Shown here: piece after piece, positions 10,176-19,475 of the stretch
How positions within the stretch are numbered: the stretch's first letter is position 1
Layout: each line of letters opens with the position of its first letter
NCBI GenBank assembly: GCA_003151615.1
Contig: PLXZ01000004.1
Location: 46,118-110,117, forward strand
From: Candidatus Tayloriibacteriota bacterium
GTDB taxonomy: Bacteria; Patescibacteriota; Minisyncoccia; Phycocordibacterales; PALSA-1337
Direction: 5' to 3'
Length of the DNA stretch: 64,000 nucleotides
Notes under the pieces: generated by a model
What the model was told of the DNA's origin: nothing
Database searches by the model: none
What the model saw: the letters and a program-made list of their open reading frames with translations, nothing else
Translations under genes and position numbers: made by a program

Positions 10176-11113
10176 TGAACTATTTAGTAACCGGAGGCGC
10201 GGGATTTATCGGCTCACATATTGTTGACTATATTATTGCACATGGAGACAAGGTCGTTGTCTACGATAATTTTTCTACGGGAAAAAAATCATTCATAGGA
10301 CAGCATAAAAATAATGCCAATTTTACCCTGATAGAAGGGGATGTTCTTGATACAAAGAAACTGGCAAAATCAATGAAGGGCATCGACTTCGTCTTTCACA
10401 TGTCGGCGCACGCCGATGTGCGTTCGGGTTTTGATGATCATTACATTGATCATATGCAGAATCTCGAAGCAACCCATTCGGTCCTGGAAGCCATGTTTAT
10501 AAGCGGCGTAAAAAAGATTGCCTTTGCATCTACGTCTTCAGTATATGGCGATGCGGAAATCCATCCGACTCCGGAAGATAGTCCCATCAGTCCAACCTCT
10601 CTCTATGGGGCCACAAAAGCGGCCTGCGAGCACTATATTCATTCCTATGCCGTCTACTATGACTGGGATGTCTACATATTCCGGTTTGTTTCGTTTATTG
10701 GCGAGAGATATACGCACGGCATCATAATCGATATTTTGAAGAAGCTTCAGAATAATCCTGCGGCGCTTGACCTTCTTTCGGATGGAACGCCGAAAAAATC
10801 TTCAATATATGTCGGAGACGGCGTGGATGCGATGTTTACTGTCATTGAAAAAACAAAAGACAAGATAAACGTTGTCAATATAGGACATGATGAGATTCTC
10901 TCCGTAGATGAAATTGTGGATACTATTCTCGAAGCGGCGCACAGCAATCCGCAGAAAAAGTATCAGGGCGGCAATCGCGGCTGGAAAGGTGACAATAACT
11001 TTGTGCACTTATCAAACGAAAAGCTGAAAGCTCTTGGATGGAAACCACGATTAAGTTTTAAGGAAGGCATACAGAAAACAGTTGAATGGATTCTTTTGCA
11101 CCCCGTTTCTTAA
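10175..11113 (+). CDS. NAD-dependent epimerase/dehydratase
   Basis: TGGAGFIGSH, STSSVYG, YGATK. Confidence 0.92.
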   Translation: MNYLVTGGAGFIGSHIVDYIIAHGDKVVVYDNFSTGKKSFIGQHKNNANFTLIEGDVLDTKKLAKSMKGIDFVFHMSAHADVRSGFDDHYIDHMQNLEATHSVLEAMFISGVKKIAFASTSSVYGDAEIHPTPEDSPISPTSLYGATKAACEHYIHSYAVYYDWDVYIFRFVSFIGERYTHGIIIDILKKLQNNPAALDLLSDGTPKKSSIYVGDGVDAMFTVIEKTKDKINVVNIGHDEILSVDEIVDTILEAAHSNPQKKYQGGNRGWKGDNNFVHLSNEKLKALGWKPRLSFKEGIQKTVEWILLHPVS

Positions 11114-11153
11114 CATGTTATACTTTATCCATAAAAGCTAACACAAAAATCCC

Positions 11154-11390
11154 ATGAAAACCGTATCAATATATTCAACTCCGACCTGCGTGTATTGCAA
11201 CGCGGCGAAGGACTATTTCAAGGCGAACAATGTTTCGTACACCGAGTTCAACGTGGCCTCTGATTTGGAGAGGCGCAAGGAAATGATAGACAAGACGGGC
11301 CAGATGGGCGTTCCGGTCATTATGATCGGCGATGAAGCCGTCGTCGGTTTCGACCAGGACAAGATTGCGGAGTTGCTCGCCACCAAATAA
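11154..11390 (+). CDS. Glutaredoxin-like protein (NrdH/YruB type)
   Basis: CVYC active site, TGQMGVPV, VGFD. Confidence 0.9.
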   Translation: MKTVSIYSTPTCVYCNAAKDYFKANNVSYTEFNVASDLERRKEMIDKTGQMGVPVIMIGDEAVVGFDQDKIAELLATK

Positions 11391-11429
11391 TTTCACACCG
11401 CGAATATAGCAGAGAGGCCTTGTCTATAA

Positions 11430-11501
11430 GTCCTCGTAGTTCAATGGATAGAACAGGCCCGTCCTAAGGGTCTGATGTCGGTTCGATTCCGGCCGAGGAC
11501 A
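11430..11501 (+). tRNA. tRNA-Arg(CCT)
   Basis: GTCCTCG/CGAGGAC acceptor stem; loop GTCCTAA; GGTTCGATTCC T-arm. Confidence 0.9.
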
Positions 11502-11548
11502 CAATATAACCTTTATTTTTTAGGCGTTTTCTGCTAGACTATTCCGGT

Positions 11549-11788
11549 ATGACTCCCGAAGAAAGAGAGATATTGCGGCGCGTGGCGATGCTCACGGAGG
11601 AGAATAATGCCCTTTTGAAGAAGACCCTGCGCCGCGGCCGCATCGGAACGGCTTTTCGCTTTCTGTATTGGCTGGTCATCATAGGCATATCGGTTGCCAG
11701 CTATTATTATATCCAGCCATACGTGGAAAAAATGATTCCGGTTCTCAATACGGCGATGAATGAAATCAACGCCGCGAAGAATTTTTAG
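11549..11788 (+). CDS. Small single-TM hypothetical protein
   Basis: 79-aa ORF between two tRNAs with one TM segment. Confidence 0.65.
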   Translation: MTPEEREILRRVAMLTEENNALLKKTLRRGRIGTAFRFLYWLVIIGISVASYYYIQPYVEKMIPVLNTAMNEINAAKNF

Positions 11789-11789
11789 C

Positions 11790-11865
11790 GCCAAGGTAGC
11801 TCAGTTGGTAGAGCATTCCCCTGAAGAGGGAAGGGTCACCAGTTCAATTCTGGTCCTTGGCACCA
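11790..11865 (+). tRNA. tRNA-Phe(GAA)
   Basis: GCCAAGG/CCTTGGC-A-CCA; loop CTGAAGA. Confidence 0.93.
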
Positions 11866-11870
11866 CAAAC

Positions 11871-11907
11871 AAAAAAACCGCACTCACAGTGAGTGCGGTT
11901 TTTTTTG
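11871..11907. terminator. Bidirectional intrinsic terminator
   Basis: A-run, CCGCACTCAC-A-GTGAGTGCGG, T-run, between convergent genes. Confidence 0.8.
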
Positions 11908-11913
11908 TTTTAT

Positions 11914-12420
11914 CTAAAGAGTCTTCACCTTCAACTTCGTCTGGCGGTGCTTGTCGATTTTAGGGAGTTTGATGATGAGAAGGCCGTGGCTTTCGACTGC
12001 TTCGGCTTCCTCGACTTCGATTTCTTCGGGAAGGGAAATGCTGCGGGAGAATGAGCCCCAATAGAGTTCGCGGATGAAATAGTCCTCGTCGCGGGCGGCG
12101 GTTTCTTCTTCACGATGTCCGGCGATAGTTACCATGTCGCGGGTAATCGAAATATCGAGGTCTTCCGGATGGACGCCTGCAATCATAGTTTTGATGACAA
12201 TCGTTTCAGACGTCTGATATACATCAACGGTAAGTTCGGCGTCTTTTTCCTCAGCTTCCGACCAGGCATTTTGGCTGGGGGCGTTTTTTCCGCTCTGTTC
12301 CGATCCTCGCGATCCCTTGGCCCCTGCGCTTTTTTTGATTTCAACCGGCTGCGGATTTTCATCCGCATCGTCGAGCTTTACCGCTCCCGTCAATCTTTCA
12401 AAAAATGATTTTTTTGCCAT
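11914..12420 (-). CDS. Hsp20/alpha-crystallin small heat-shock protein
   Basis: VDVYQT, AGV..EDLDI, RELYWGSFSRSISLP, GLL.I.LPK. Confidence 0.92.
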   Translation of the reverse strand: MAKKSFFERLTGAVKLDDADENPQPVEIKKSAGAKGSRGSEQSGKNAPSQNAWSEAEEKDAELTVDVYQTSETIVIKTMIAGVHPEDLDISITRDMVTIAGHREEETAARDEDYFIRELYWGSFSRSISLPEEIEVEEAEAVESHGLLIIKLPKIDKHRQTKLKVKTL

Positions 12421-12426
12421 ATGTTT

Positions 12427-13146
12427 TTATTTTTTTAGTTTATTGTGCCTCAGTTCAATCCCTTTCGCTTCCTGAAAAAGGACGATGAGAACGATGACTC
12501 CCGCCCAGACCCATGCGAAGACTTTGAGCGTGTCGACTGCAGTGCTGGTAATTATAGCCAAATTGAAAGCGGCATGCAATGAGATTGCAAGGGCCAATCC
12601 GACCGTTCCGGCCAGGATTTTCATGAATTTGCCGTGATAGTAGACCGTGGCCAGCATGAAGCCGAGGACTCCGGACGCGATGACATGCAAAAGCGTGGCT
12701 CCGATGAAGCGCATATTGCCGGTTACGATCGTGGAAAGGACGTTGCCGCTGTTTATTATTCCGAACAGGAAAAGCGTGTTTTCCACAGCCGCGAAACCCA
12801 GGGCCGCGGTGATCAGATATATCATCGCGTCAACCGGCTCGAACAATTTTTTTGCCCAAAAGGCGGCGACGAATGCCGTGCCGAATTTCAGGATTTCTTC
12901 GATTGCTGCCCATAGTATGTACTGATGTTCTCTATTTGAAGTCAGTTGTTGGACGAACCATTCGAGGGGAAGGGCGATAAAAACCGCGGCCATGCCGAGA
13001 AAGAAACATCCGGCCAGCGTCCTTCGGGGTTCGTCATGGAGATTGTCTTCCTTCAGCCAAAACCAAAGCCACAGGAGGGACGGCACCATTCCCGCGATGA
13101 TACCGTACAAAAATGGCGTATAGGAAGTGAGGTTCATTGGATTCAA
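12427..13146 (-). CDS. PrsW family intramembrane glutamic protease
   Basis: EEILK, LGFAAVEN, LLH and SLHAAFN motifs. Confidence 0.9.
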   Translation of the reverse strand: MNPMNLTSYTPFLYGIIAGMVPSLLWLWFWLKEDNLHDEPRRTLAGCFFLGMAAVFIALPLEWFVQQLTSNREHQYILWAAIEEILKFGTAFVAAFWAKKLFEPVDAMIYLITAALGFAAVENTLFLFGIINSGNVLSTIVTGNMRFIGATLLHVIASGVLGFMLATVYYHGKFMKILAGTVGLALAISLHAAFNLAIITSTAVDTLKVFAWVWAGVIVLIVLFQEAKGIELRHNKLKK

Positions 13147-13168
13147 TTCTACCGCCCAAGTATATCAT

Positions 13169-14326
13169 TTAGAAGGAAAGGTTGCCCGCGGCCTTGATCG
13201 GGCTTTCTCCCGATGCGTTTTTTTCCGGCAGTTCAGGCAGTAGGGCTCCCGCGAGCGCTATCATGAGGGCATTATCTCCGGAGACTCCTTCGGGCGGAAG
13301 GAATAATGATATTGAATTTTCGTGAGCCAATTTTTCCAACGCGCCGCGGATATTCTTGTTGGCGATGACGCCGCCTCCGGCGATCAGGCTTTGTACGCCG
13401 TATTTTTCGATGGCTTTTGAGGTTTTTTTAACAAGAACTTCCGTTACGGCATCTTCGAATTCGCGCGCGATTTCTTTTTTCATTATTTCGGACAGGCCGT
13501 GTCCGGGCACGTTGTCCGCGGAGTTTTTTTCGGGTTTCATGGTCGCGTTTTCGTCGGTTTTTCGGATTTCATAGAGAACGGCCGTTTTCAATCCCGAAAA
13601 TGAGAAATCAAGGTCCGGCGAATGCAGCATTGGCCGCGGCAGGCGAACCGAGTTCGGGGAAGAGGGGTCTTTTCGCGCCTGTTCCGCGAGTTCGCTGACG
13701 TGTTGTCCGCCCGGATAGGGCAGGCCGAGAAGGCGCGCGACTTTGTCAAAAGCCTCGCCGACTGCGTCATCCTTTGTCCGACCTACTACTTCAAAACTAC
13801 TTTTTTCGCCCAGATTCAAATTGTTCACCAAAACTAGTTCGGTGTGGCCGCCGCTTATGAGCAGTGCCAGGGCCGGCAGGGCAGGCGTTTTTAATTTCGC
13901 AAAAGAATTGTCGGGCGCGCTCGAATTCAAAAGCGAGCCAAGCACGTGGCCGAGCATATGATTGACTCCGACAACCGGAATCTTCAATTCCTCACCCAGT
14001 TTTTTTGCGTAGTCAATTCCGGCCCAGAGTGCGGGTTCAAGCCCGGGACCTTGCGTCACCGCAATCCGGTCTATTTTCAACGCGCCCGACTTTATTTTTT
14101 CTTCGCCGGTTCCCAGGATTTTTTCTGCCAGAATCGGCAGGTTTTTTTGGTGCTCGCGCTTTGCCATCATAGGGAAGACCCCTCCGTATTTGGCGTGGAG
14201 ATCGGCCTGCGAATGAATGAGATTTTCGATGATGCGGCATTCGGTCGAACCGTCGTCGTGAAGTTTCGTTTCAAGAAGACAAATCGCCGTTTCGTCACAG
14301 CTTGTTTCGATGCCGAGAGTTATCAT
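13169..14326 (-). CDS. tsaD: tRNA N6-threonylcarbamoyltransferase TsaD
   Basis: LGIETSCDET, GPGL, SGGHTEL, DDAVGEAFDK, FSFSGLKT, DNALMI; start taken at MITLGIE because the longer ORF overlaps a tRNA. Confidence 0.95.
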   Translation of the reverse strand: MITLGIETSCDETAICLLETKLHDDGSTECRIIENLIHSQADLHAKYGGVFPMMAKREHQKNLPILAEKILGTGEEKIKSGALKIDRIAVTQGPGLEPALWAGIDYAKKLGEELKIPVVGVNHMLGHVLGSLLNSSAPDNSFAKLKTPALPALALLISGGHTELVLVNNLNLGEKSSFEVVGRTKDDAVGEAFDKVARLLGLPYPGGQHVSELAEQARKDPSSPNSVRLPRPMLHSPDLDFSFSGLKTAVLYEIRKTDENATMKPEKNSADNVPGHGLSEIMKKEIAREFEDAVTEVLVKKTSKAIEKYGVQSLIAGGGVIANKNIRGALEKLAHENSISLFLPPEGVSGDNALMIALAGALLPELPEKNASGESPIKAAGNLSF

Positions 14327-14335
14327 GATTTTTTG

Positions 14336-14408
14336 TGCGCGATACAGGATTCGAACCTGTGACCCTCCCCACGTCAAGGGGATGCTCTACCAACTGAGCT
14401 AACCGCGC
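14336..14408 (-). tRNA. tRNA-Val(GAC)
   Basis: Reverse complement GCGCGGTTAGCTCAGTTGG...TCCCC-TTGACGT-GGGGA...GGTTCGAATCC. Confidence 0.93.
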
Positions 14409-14456
14409 ATATTAAATTGTTATGCGTTTTCCTACATTATCACAAAAGAATCCTTG

Positions 14457-14543
14457 CGGAAAGGGAGGGATTCGAACCCTCGAGGAGCTTTCGCCCCTGC
14501 CGGTTTTCGAAACCGGTACATTCGACCACTCTGTCACCTTTCC
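14457..14543 (-). tRNA. tRNA-Ser(CGA)
   Basis: Reverse complement GGAAAGG...CCGGT-TTCGAAA-ACCGG with a long variable arm. Confidence 0.93.
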
Positions 14544-14569
14544 GTGAAGCTTCACGTTACCATATTTGA

Positions 14570-15265
14570 CTAGATTTTTGAAGCTTTTTCAATAATTCCA
14601 TGCATCATTCCTTTGACTTTATGGAACTGCACGCGGCTATTGATTTTTATTGCAACGGTACCGTGGGGCAGTATGTTAAAAGGTCGTTTTCCTTGACTTG
14701 CCCGGCTTACTTGGGTGACGATGTAAAAACGTTCTTCCGGCAGTCCTGTCGTTACGGACCAAAATTTTCGCGCGTCGGTTGGAATAATTGAGGGATAAAT
14801 ATGAATGCCCGCGCGGATTCTTTCCTCGGGAATTTTCAGGATTTCCCTGACAAACTTTATATATACGATCACCATGGAAGGGTCGGAATTGCTGAAGGTA
14901 AGGCTCAGATTTCCTGTCTTTTCCGATTTTAGTCCCTCTGCCCAATACAACGCCGTGCCAATAAGAAGAAGGTCTTTTTTCGATAGGGAAGGTATGGAGT
15001 TTTTACCGTAAGTATAGGCATTGCCGTTCTCATCCTTGATTCTAGCGGAGCGCTCTTTGTTTGCAGTGAACAGACCGCGTTTATGGGCGATTAGCTTGTT
15101 TTTCCCGAGCAGTTTTTCTGATTTTTTGGAAAGTTTAAGGTTTGAAAACCAATGGCTCAAAGTGCCTTTTGATTTTATGCCAAGGGCTTTTCGTATGTCG
15201 TTATAGCTTTTTCCTTTTCTTCGCAAGGCGAATGCTTTTTTCTTTAAGTGTATGTTTGAACTCAT
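14570..15265 (-). CDS. HTH plus degenerate LAGLIDADG-like protein between tRNA genes
   Basis: N-terminal HTH (LRRKGKSYNDI...KGTLSHW); LIGTALYWAEG and FSNSDP motifs. Confidence 0.6.
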   Translation of the reverse strand: MSSNIHLKKKAFALRRKGKSYNDIRKALGIKSKGTLSHWFSNLKLSKKSEKLLGKNKLIAHKRGLFTANKERSARIKDENGNAYTYGKNSIPSLSKKDLLLIGTALYWAEGLKSEKTGNLSLTFSNSDPSMVIVYIKFVREILKIPEERIRAGIHIYPSIIPTDARKFWSVTTGLPEERFYIVTQVSRASQGKRPFNILPHGTVAIKINSRVQFHKVKGMMHGIIEKASKI

Positions 15266-15357
15266 TAATACAGTTTATATTACTAATTATAATAGTTCAA
15301 TATTGCCATTTTGCTTTTTTACGATAAAATGTTATTCTATTCCAGTGTCGACAATAA

Positions 15358-15429
15358 GGCCCCATCGTCTAGTGGTCAGGACAATTGGTTTTCAATCAAT
15401 TAACCAGAGTTCGATTCTCTGTGGGGTCA
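15358..15429 (+). tRNA. tRNA-Glu(TTC)
   Basis: GGCCCCA/TGGGGTC acceptor; loop TTTTCAA; upstream TTGCCA...TAAAAT promoter. Confidence 0.9.
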
Positions 15430-15471
15430 TTTCACAAGCAATGGATTCGGAATTTTTGTTATAATATCTTT

Positions 15472-15723
15472 ATGATCAAGAAACGAATCCAAGGTGGTAC
15501 AGTGCATACAATGCCGGCAGATTTGCGGAAGGCTATTAATGCTGACCCGAAGGCGTTCGCGGCTTGGCAGGACATTACGCCGCTCGCTCGAAATGAATGG
15601 ATTTGCTGGGTTACTTCTCCGAAGCAAGCGGAAACGCGGAGTCGCCGGATCAGGGTCGGGTTATCAAAACTGAGAGGCGGAATGAGACGTCCGTGTTGCT
15701 GGTCAGGCTGTTCTCATCGCTAG
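15472..15723 (+). CDS. YdeI/OmpD-associated family protein
   Basis: P.DLRKA...W..ITPLARNEWICWV..K..ETR.RRI...RRPCCW.GC.HR. Confidence 0.8.
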   Translation: MIKKRIQGGTVHTMPADLRKAINADPKAFAAWQDITPLARNEWICWVTSPKQAETRSRRIRVGLSKLRGGMRRPCCWSGCSHR

Positions 15724-15765
15724 ATGCCCGAAACATAATTTATAATTTGTTGTATACTTAAAGAC

Positions 15766-16071
15766 ATGACAAAAAATCCTTTTTATAATGCTCTGTTTGC
15801 GATCGCCTATATAATGGTGCTTATAACGTGTTTATTCTTTGTGTCCGCCTCCCGCATGGGTCAACAAGAGAGCATCTTCACGGCAATGGGAATGCTCGCG
15901 CTTCTGGTGTTTTCGGTCGCCCTTATGGCCTATCTTTTTTTCTATCAGCCGGTTCTCATGCTCATCGAGGGTCAGCGTGAAAAAGCAGTCAAGTTGTTTC
16001 TCCAGACAGTGGGAATATTCGCCGTGGCGACAGCACTTGTGCTTCTCGCTTCGTTAATTGTGTCGGGATAG
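15766..16071 (+). CDS. Small three-TM membrane protein
   Basis: Three hydrophobic segments; TATACT 7 nt before the ATG; terminator follows. Confidence 0.7.
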   Translation: MTKNPFYNALFAIAYIMVLITCLFFVSASRMGQQESIFTAMGMLALLVFSVALMAYLFFYQPVLMLIEGQREKAVKLFLQTVGIFAVATALVLLASLIVSG

Positions 16072-16087
16072 GAAGTTTGTCTTATAG

Positions 16088-16117
16088 AGAGGGTTGCGGA
16101 GCCGCACCCTCTTTTTT
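16088..16117 (+). terminator. Intrinsic terminator
   Basis: AGAGGG.TGCG...CGCACCCTCT hairpin and T-run. Confidence 0.6.
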
Positions 16118-16165
16118 GTGTTAGAATTACCGCGAGGCATTATAAGCTAACAACCAATTTTACAT

Positions 16166-16381
16166 ATGAAAATAATGACATGTGCCCAGATGGGCGGGGA
16201 GTGTGATGCGAAAATTACCGGAGCGACGCAGGATGAGATGATTGCAAACGCCATGAAGCATCTCGAGACAGTCCATCCTGAAATGGCAGCAAAGGTAAAG
16301 GCTATGCCAAAGGACGACCCGATGATGGTGGAGTGGATGGTGAAATTCAAGGCGGACTTTGCCGCGGCGCCGGAAGCGTAG
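16166..16381 (+). CDS. DUF1059-like small metal-binding protein
   Basis: MTC..MGG.C...I.G.T.DEM.....H....H pattern. Confidence 0.75.
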   Translation: MKIMTCAQMGGECDAKITGATQDEMIANAMKHLETVHPEMAAKVKAMPKDDPMMVEWMVKFKADFAAAPEA

Positions 16382-16495
16382 TTGCTCTGCGCGTTACCCT
16401 TGCGCATATTTCTTTTTCGATTTGTCGTGAAAACTTTATCGAATATTTAGACTTTCTTGTATGAAACTTGATTGCCCGCGGAGTAGAGTTGGCGG

Positions 16496-17161
16496 GTGAA
16501 AAGAATTCGAAAACGAAAATTGATGTTTTTGATTGGTGCCGCATTGGTTGCGGCCGCGCTCTTTTTCATTATATGGAAACTTGGAATAGGTATCGCAAGC
16601 AAGGGCAGTTATTCCAATTCTGATTCATATAATACGACGGCGTGGAAATTCGCTGATATGGTACAGGGCGGCGTTCTATATCCCGTCGTGCGTGATATAG
16701 ACGGGGATACAATTGTGGCAGATGTCGCCGGACATGACATCACCGTGCGTCTTATAGGTGCCGACACGCCGGAGACGGTCGATCCGCGCAAACCCGTCCA
16801 ATGTTATGGGCCGCAGGCATCTGCCGAGGCAAAGAGGATTTTCGGCGAGAAGACGGGCGATGCCACTACGACCGGAGTATTGGTCTATTTGGATAAGGAT
16901 CCTTTGAAAGGTGATTATGATAAATATGGCCGCTTGCTGGCGTATGTTCGGATGCTGGACGCGATCGTTCCTATTGACGGTATTGCTTCAAGTAGCGATT
17001 TGTACAACGACTATATGATTATGCACGGTTTCGCCCACGAATATACATTTTTGAATCAGCCGTATGAATATCAGGTGCAGTTCAAGGCAGATGAGTTGTC
17101 CGCGAAAAAAGCCCATGTCGGGCTGTGGGGGAAATGTCCTACTTCTGATTCGCGAGGCTGA
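16496..17161 (+). CDS. Membrane-anchored thermonuclease (SNase family)
   Basis: IDGDT, VRLIGADTPE, DKYGRLLAYV, GLWG; start uncertain. Confidence 0.92.
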   Translation: MKRIRKRKLMFLIGAALVAAALFFIIWKLGIGIASKGSYSNSDSYNTTAWKFADMVQGGVLYPVVRDIDGDTIVADVAGHDITVRLIGADTPETVDPRKPVQCYGPQASAEAKRIFGEKTGDATTTGVLVYLDKDPLKGDYDKYGRLLAYVRMLDAIVPIDGIASSSDLYNDYMIMHGFAHEYTFLNQPYEYQVQFKADELSAKKAHVGLWGKCPTSDSRG

Positions 17162-18098
17162 TGTAAATATCCTCAAGGGCTTTGACGGCGTCGCCAGCGG
17201 CTATATTGTTCTGATGGTACAGACCGTCAGTACAGTCGCCCGCGGCCCAAATGCCGGGAATAGATGTGCGCTGATTACGCGGGTCCGTGACGACATTTCC
17301 GTACGAATTGAGCTGAACAAGGTCCTTCACGAATTCTGTGGTCGGAACGGAGCCGATTTCAACGAAAATTCCCGTGACGCCGATTTCGCTGTCCTGATTC
17401 GTTTTTGTGTCCGTGTAGACGAGACTGGTGACGAATTTCGAACCCTTCACTTCTTTCGGCACGGCGTTTAAAATAATTTTTGCTTTTGGGTGAGCGGTGA
17501 CGGCGGCGATTGTCGAAGGATCCGCGCGGAGATTTTCGCTCCGGTTGAGGAGCGTGACGCTTTTGCAGTAGGCGAGAAGTTGCGCGGCGCTTTCAAAGCC
17601 GGCATTGCCTCCGCCGACGACAACAACGTCCTGGTCCGCGAAAAGAGGTCCGTCGCATGACGCGCAATAGGTGAGACCTTTGTGTTCAAAGATGTCTGCG
17701 CCCGGTACGGCAAGTTTTCGGCGATGGCTTCCTGCGGCGAGGAGAACCGCACGCGCTTCGTAGCTTCCTTTATTTGTTTGTATTGTGAAAATCGGTTTTT
17801 CTGCAGTTGACGCGCTTGATTTCGAAACCAATTGGCAGAGTTCGCCGGTTTTAATGTCGACAATCGGCTGACCGTCGGCGCTGTTCGCGTATGCACGCAA
17901 ATGGACTTCCAAATTTTTGGCGAGGGTGAGGCCGGGGATTTTCACCGTACCGACCCAGTTTTCAATGCCTTCGGAAACCGTGCTTTGTCCGCCAAAATCA
18001 CCCGTGATGAAAATGGTGCGCAGTCGTTTGCGCGAGGCATAAACGCCGGCAGCTACGCCGGCCGGACCGCCTCCTATTATCGCGAGATCGTATGTCAT
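17139..18098 (-). CDS. trxB: Thioredoxin reductase-like FAD oxidoreductase
   Basis: GGGPAG, YCASCDG, GGGNAG, AAGD. Confidence 0.9.
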   Translation of the reverse strand: MTYDLAIIGGGPAGVAAGVYASRKRLRTIFITGDFGGQSTVSEGIENWVGTVKIPGLTLAKNLEVHLRAYANSADGQPIVDIKTGELCQLVSKSSASTAEKPIFTIQTNKGSYEARAVLLAAGSHRRKLAVPGADIFEHKGLTYCASCDGPLFADQDVVVVGGGNAGFESAAQLLAYCKSVTLLNRSENLRADPSTIAAVTAHPKAKIILNAVPKEVKGSKFVTSLVYTDTKTNQDSEIGVTGIFVEIGSVPTTEFVKDLVQLNSYGNVVTDPRNQRTSIPGIWAAGDCTDGLYHQNNIAAGDAVKALEDIYISLANQK

Positions 18099-18138
18099 AT
18101 GCTTGAATTATATCAGAAAAGGCGGAGAGAAAAAACTT

Positions 18139-19332
18139 TTACTTAATCTTGCTTCGTCGCAAAAATGCGGGAACTGCACCCCAATCGTCATCGTCGTCTT
18201 TTGCGGCTGATTTTTTTTCGTCGCGGGAGTCCTTTAAATCTTTCGCAGGGGATTCCGTCCGTTCATTCTTCAAATTTGAAGCCTGTGAAGTGGCCATTGA
18301 ATTGTAAATCTTGCCGCGCTTGTCGCCCGCAAGGGAATTATGAGCTTCTCCGGCATTTGATCCGGGGAATATGCTCGTTTCAGGAAAACCGGCCGCGATG
18401 ACCGTGATTTTAATTTCATTTTTCTTGAGCTTGTCGTCGCGAACGGTACCGAATATGACTTTCGCATTCGGATCGATTGATTCGGTAATGACTTTTGCTG
18501 CGTCCTGGATTTCGAACATGGTCAAGTCCTCGCCGCCGGCAATTGAGAATAGCACGCCTTTTGCACCCGTAATTGAAACATCGAGAAGAGGGGAATTGAT
18601 TGCTTTTTTCGCCGCTTCAACCGCGCGGTTTTCGCCTGCGGCCGTGCCGATGCCCATGAGAGCCGGTCCGGAATTTTCCATGACTGCGCGGATGTCGGCA
18701 AAGTCGATATTGATGAGACCCGGAGTAGTGATCAAATCGGAAATGCCTTCAACCGCCTGTCGCAGAATTTCATCGCACATTGCGAATGCATTTTTGACGG
18801 TCGTATTTTTTTCAATTGTGGAAAGAAGGCGGTCGTTTGGAATGACGATGATTGCGTCGACTTCCTTGCGAAGTTCATCGAGCGCCGTTTCGGCGATTTT
18901 GCTGCGCTGCTGGCCTTCGAAGTAGAAAGGTTTTGTGACGATTGCGACAGTGAGAGCGCCGAGTTCTTTCGACGTGCGGGCGACTGAAGGAGAAGCACCC
19001 GAGCATGTTCCGCCGCCCAATCCGCCGGCGATGAAAACCATATCGGCACCTTTGATGACTTCCTGAATGTCTTCTTTTGATTCCTCGACTGCGCGTTTTC
19101 CGATTTCAGGATTCATTCCCGTGCCGAGTCCGCGCGTCAAATTTTTACCGATATGAATTCGTTTTTTTGCGAGAGAGTGGTGGAGGTCCTGCGAGTCCGT
19201 GTTGATAGCAATAAAATCAACCCCTTTGACCTTTGAATTGATCATGTGGTTGACTGCGTTTTTCCCCGAACCTCCGATTCCGAGGACTTTGATGCGGGCA
19301 AAAGCTTCTATTTCCGGTGTGATGTTGGGCAT
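18139..19332 (-). CDS. ftsZ: Cell division protein FtsZ
   Basis: GLGGGTCSG tubulin motif, NIDFAD, C-terminal VPAFLRR. Confidence 0.98.
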   Translation of the reverse strand: MPNITPEIEAFARIKVLGIGGSGKNAVNHMINSKVKGVDFIAINTDSQDLHHSLAKKRIHIGKNLTRGLGTGMNPEIGKRAVEESKEDIQEVIKGADMVFIAGGLGGGTCSGASPSVARTSKELGALTVAIVTKPFYFEGQQRSKIAETALDELRKEVDAIIVIPNDRLLSTIEKNTTVKNAFAMCDEILRQAVEGISDLITTPGLINIDFADIRAVMENSGPALMGIGTAAGENRAVEAAKKAINSPLLDVSITGAKGVLFSIAGGEDLTMFEIQDAAKVITESIDPNAKVIFGTVRDDKLKKNEIKITVIAAGFPETSIFPGSNAGEAHNSLAGDKRGKIYNSMATSQASNLKNERTESPAKDLKDSRDEKKSAAKDDDDDWGAVPAFLRRSKIK

Positions 19333-19475
19333 GTTATACAGCTATGTCTGGCGACGCCGCGTGGAATATCCACAAAGCGCCTTTTCGCTACTAATCTCTC
19401 GGGCAAACTTGTACCAAACGCTAGTTAGGTCAATGATATCAAAGTGTCTTTAAAAAAGAAAGGGGCGACGCGGTA

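Noticed and set aside
16430-16470. Possible fourth TTTAT 11-bp box upstream of the thermonuclease
   Set aside because: Only two units in phase (16435, 16446), no shared 15-mer and no -10 at the expected distance.
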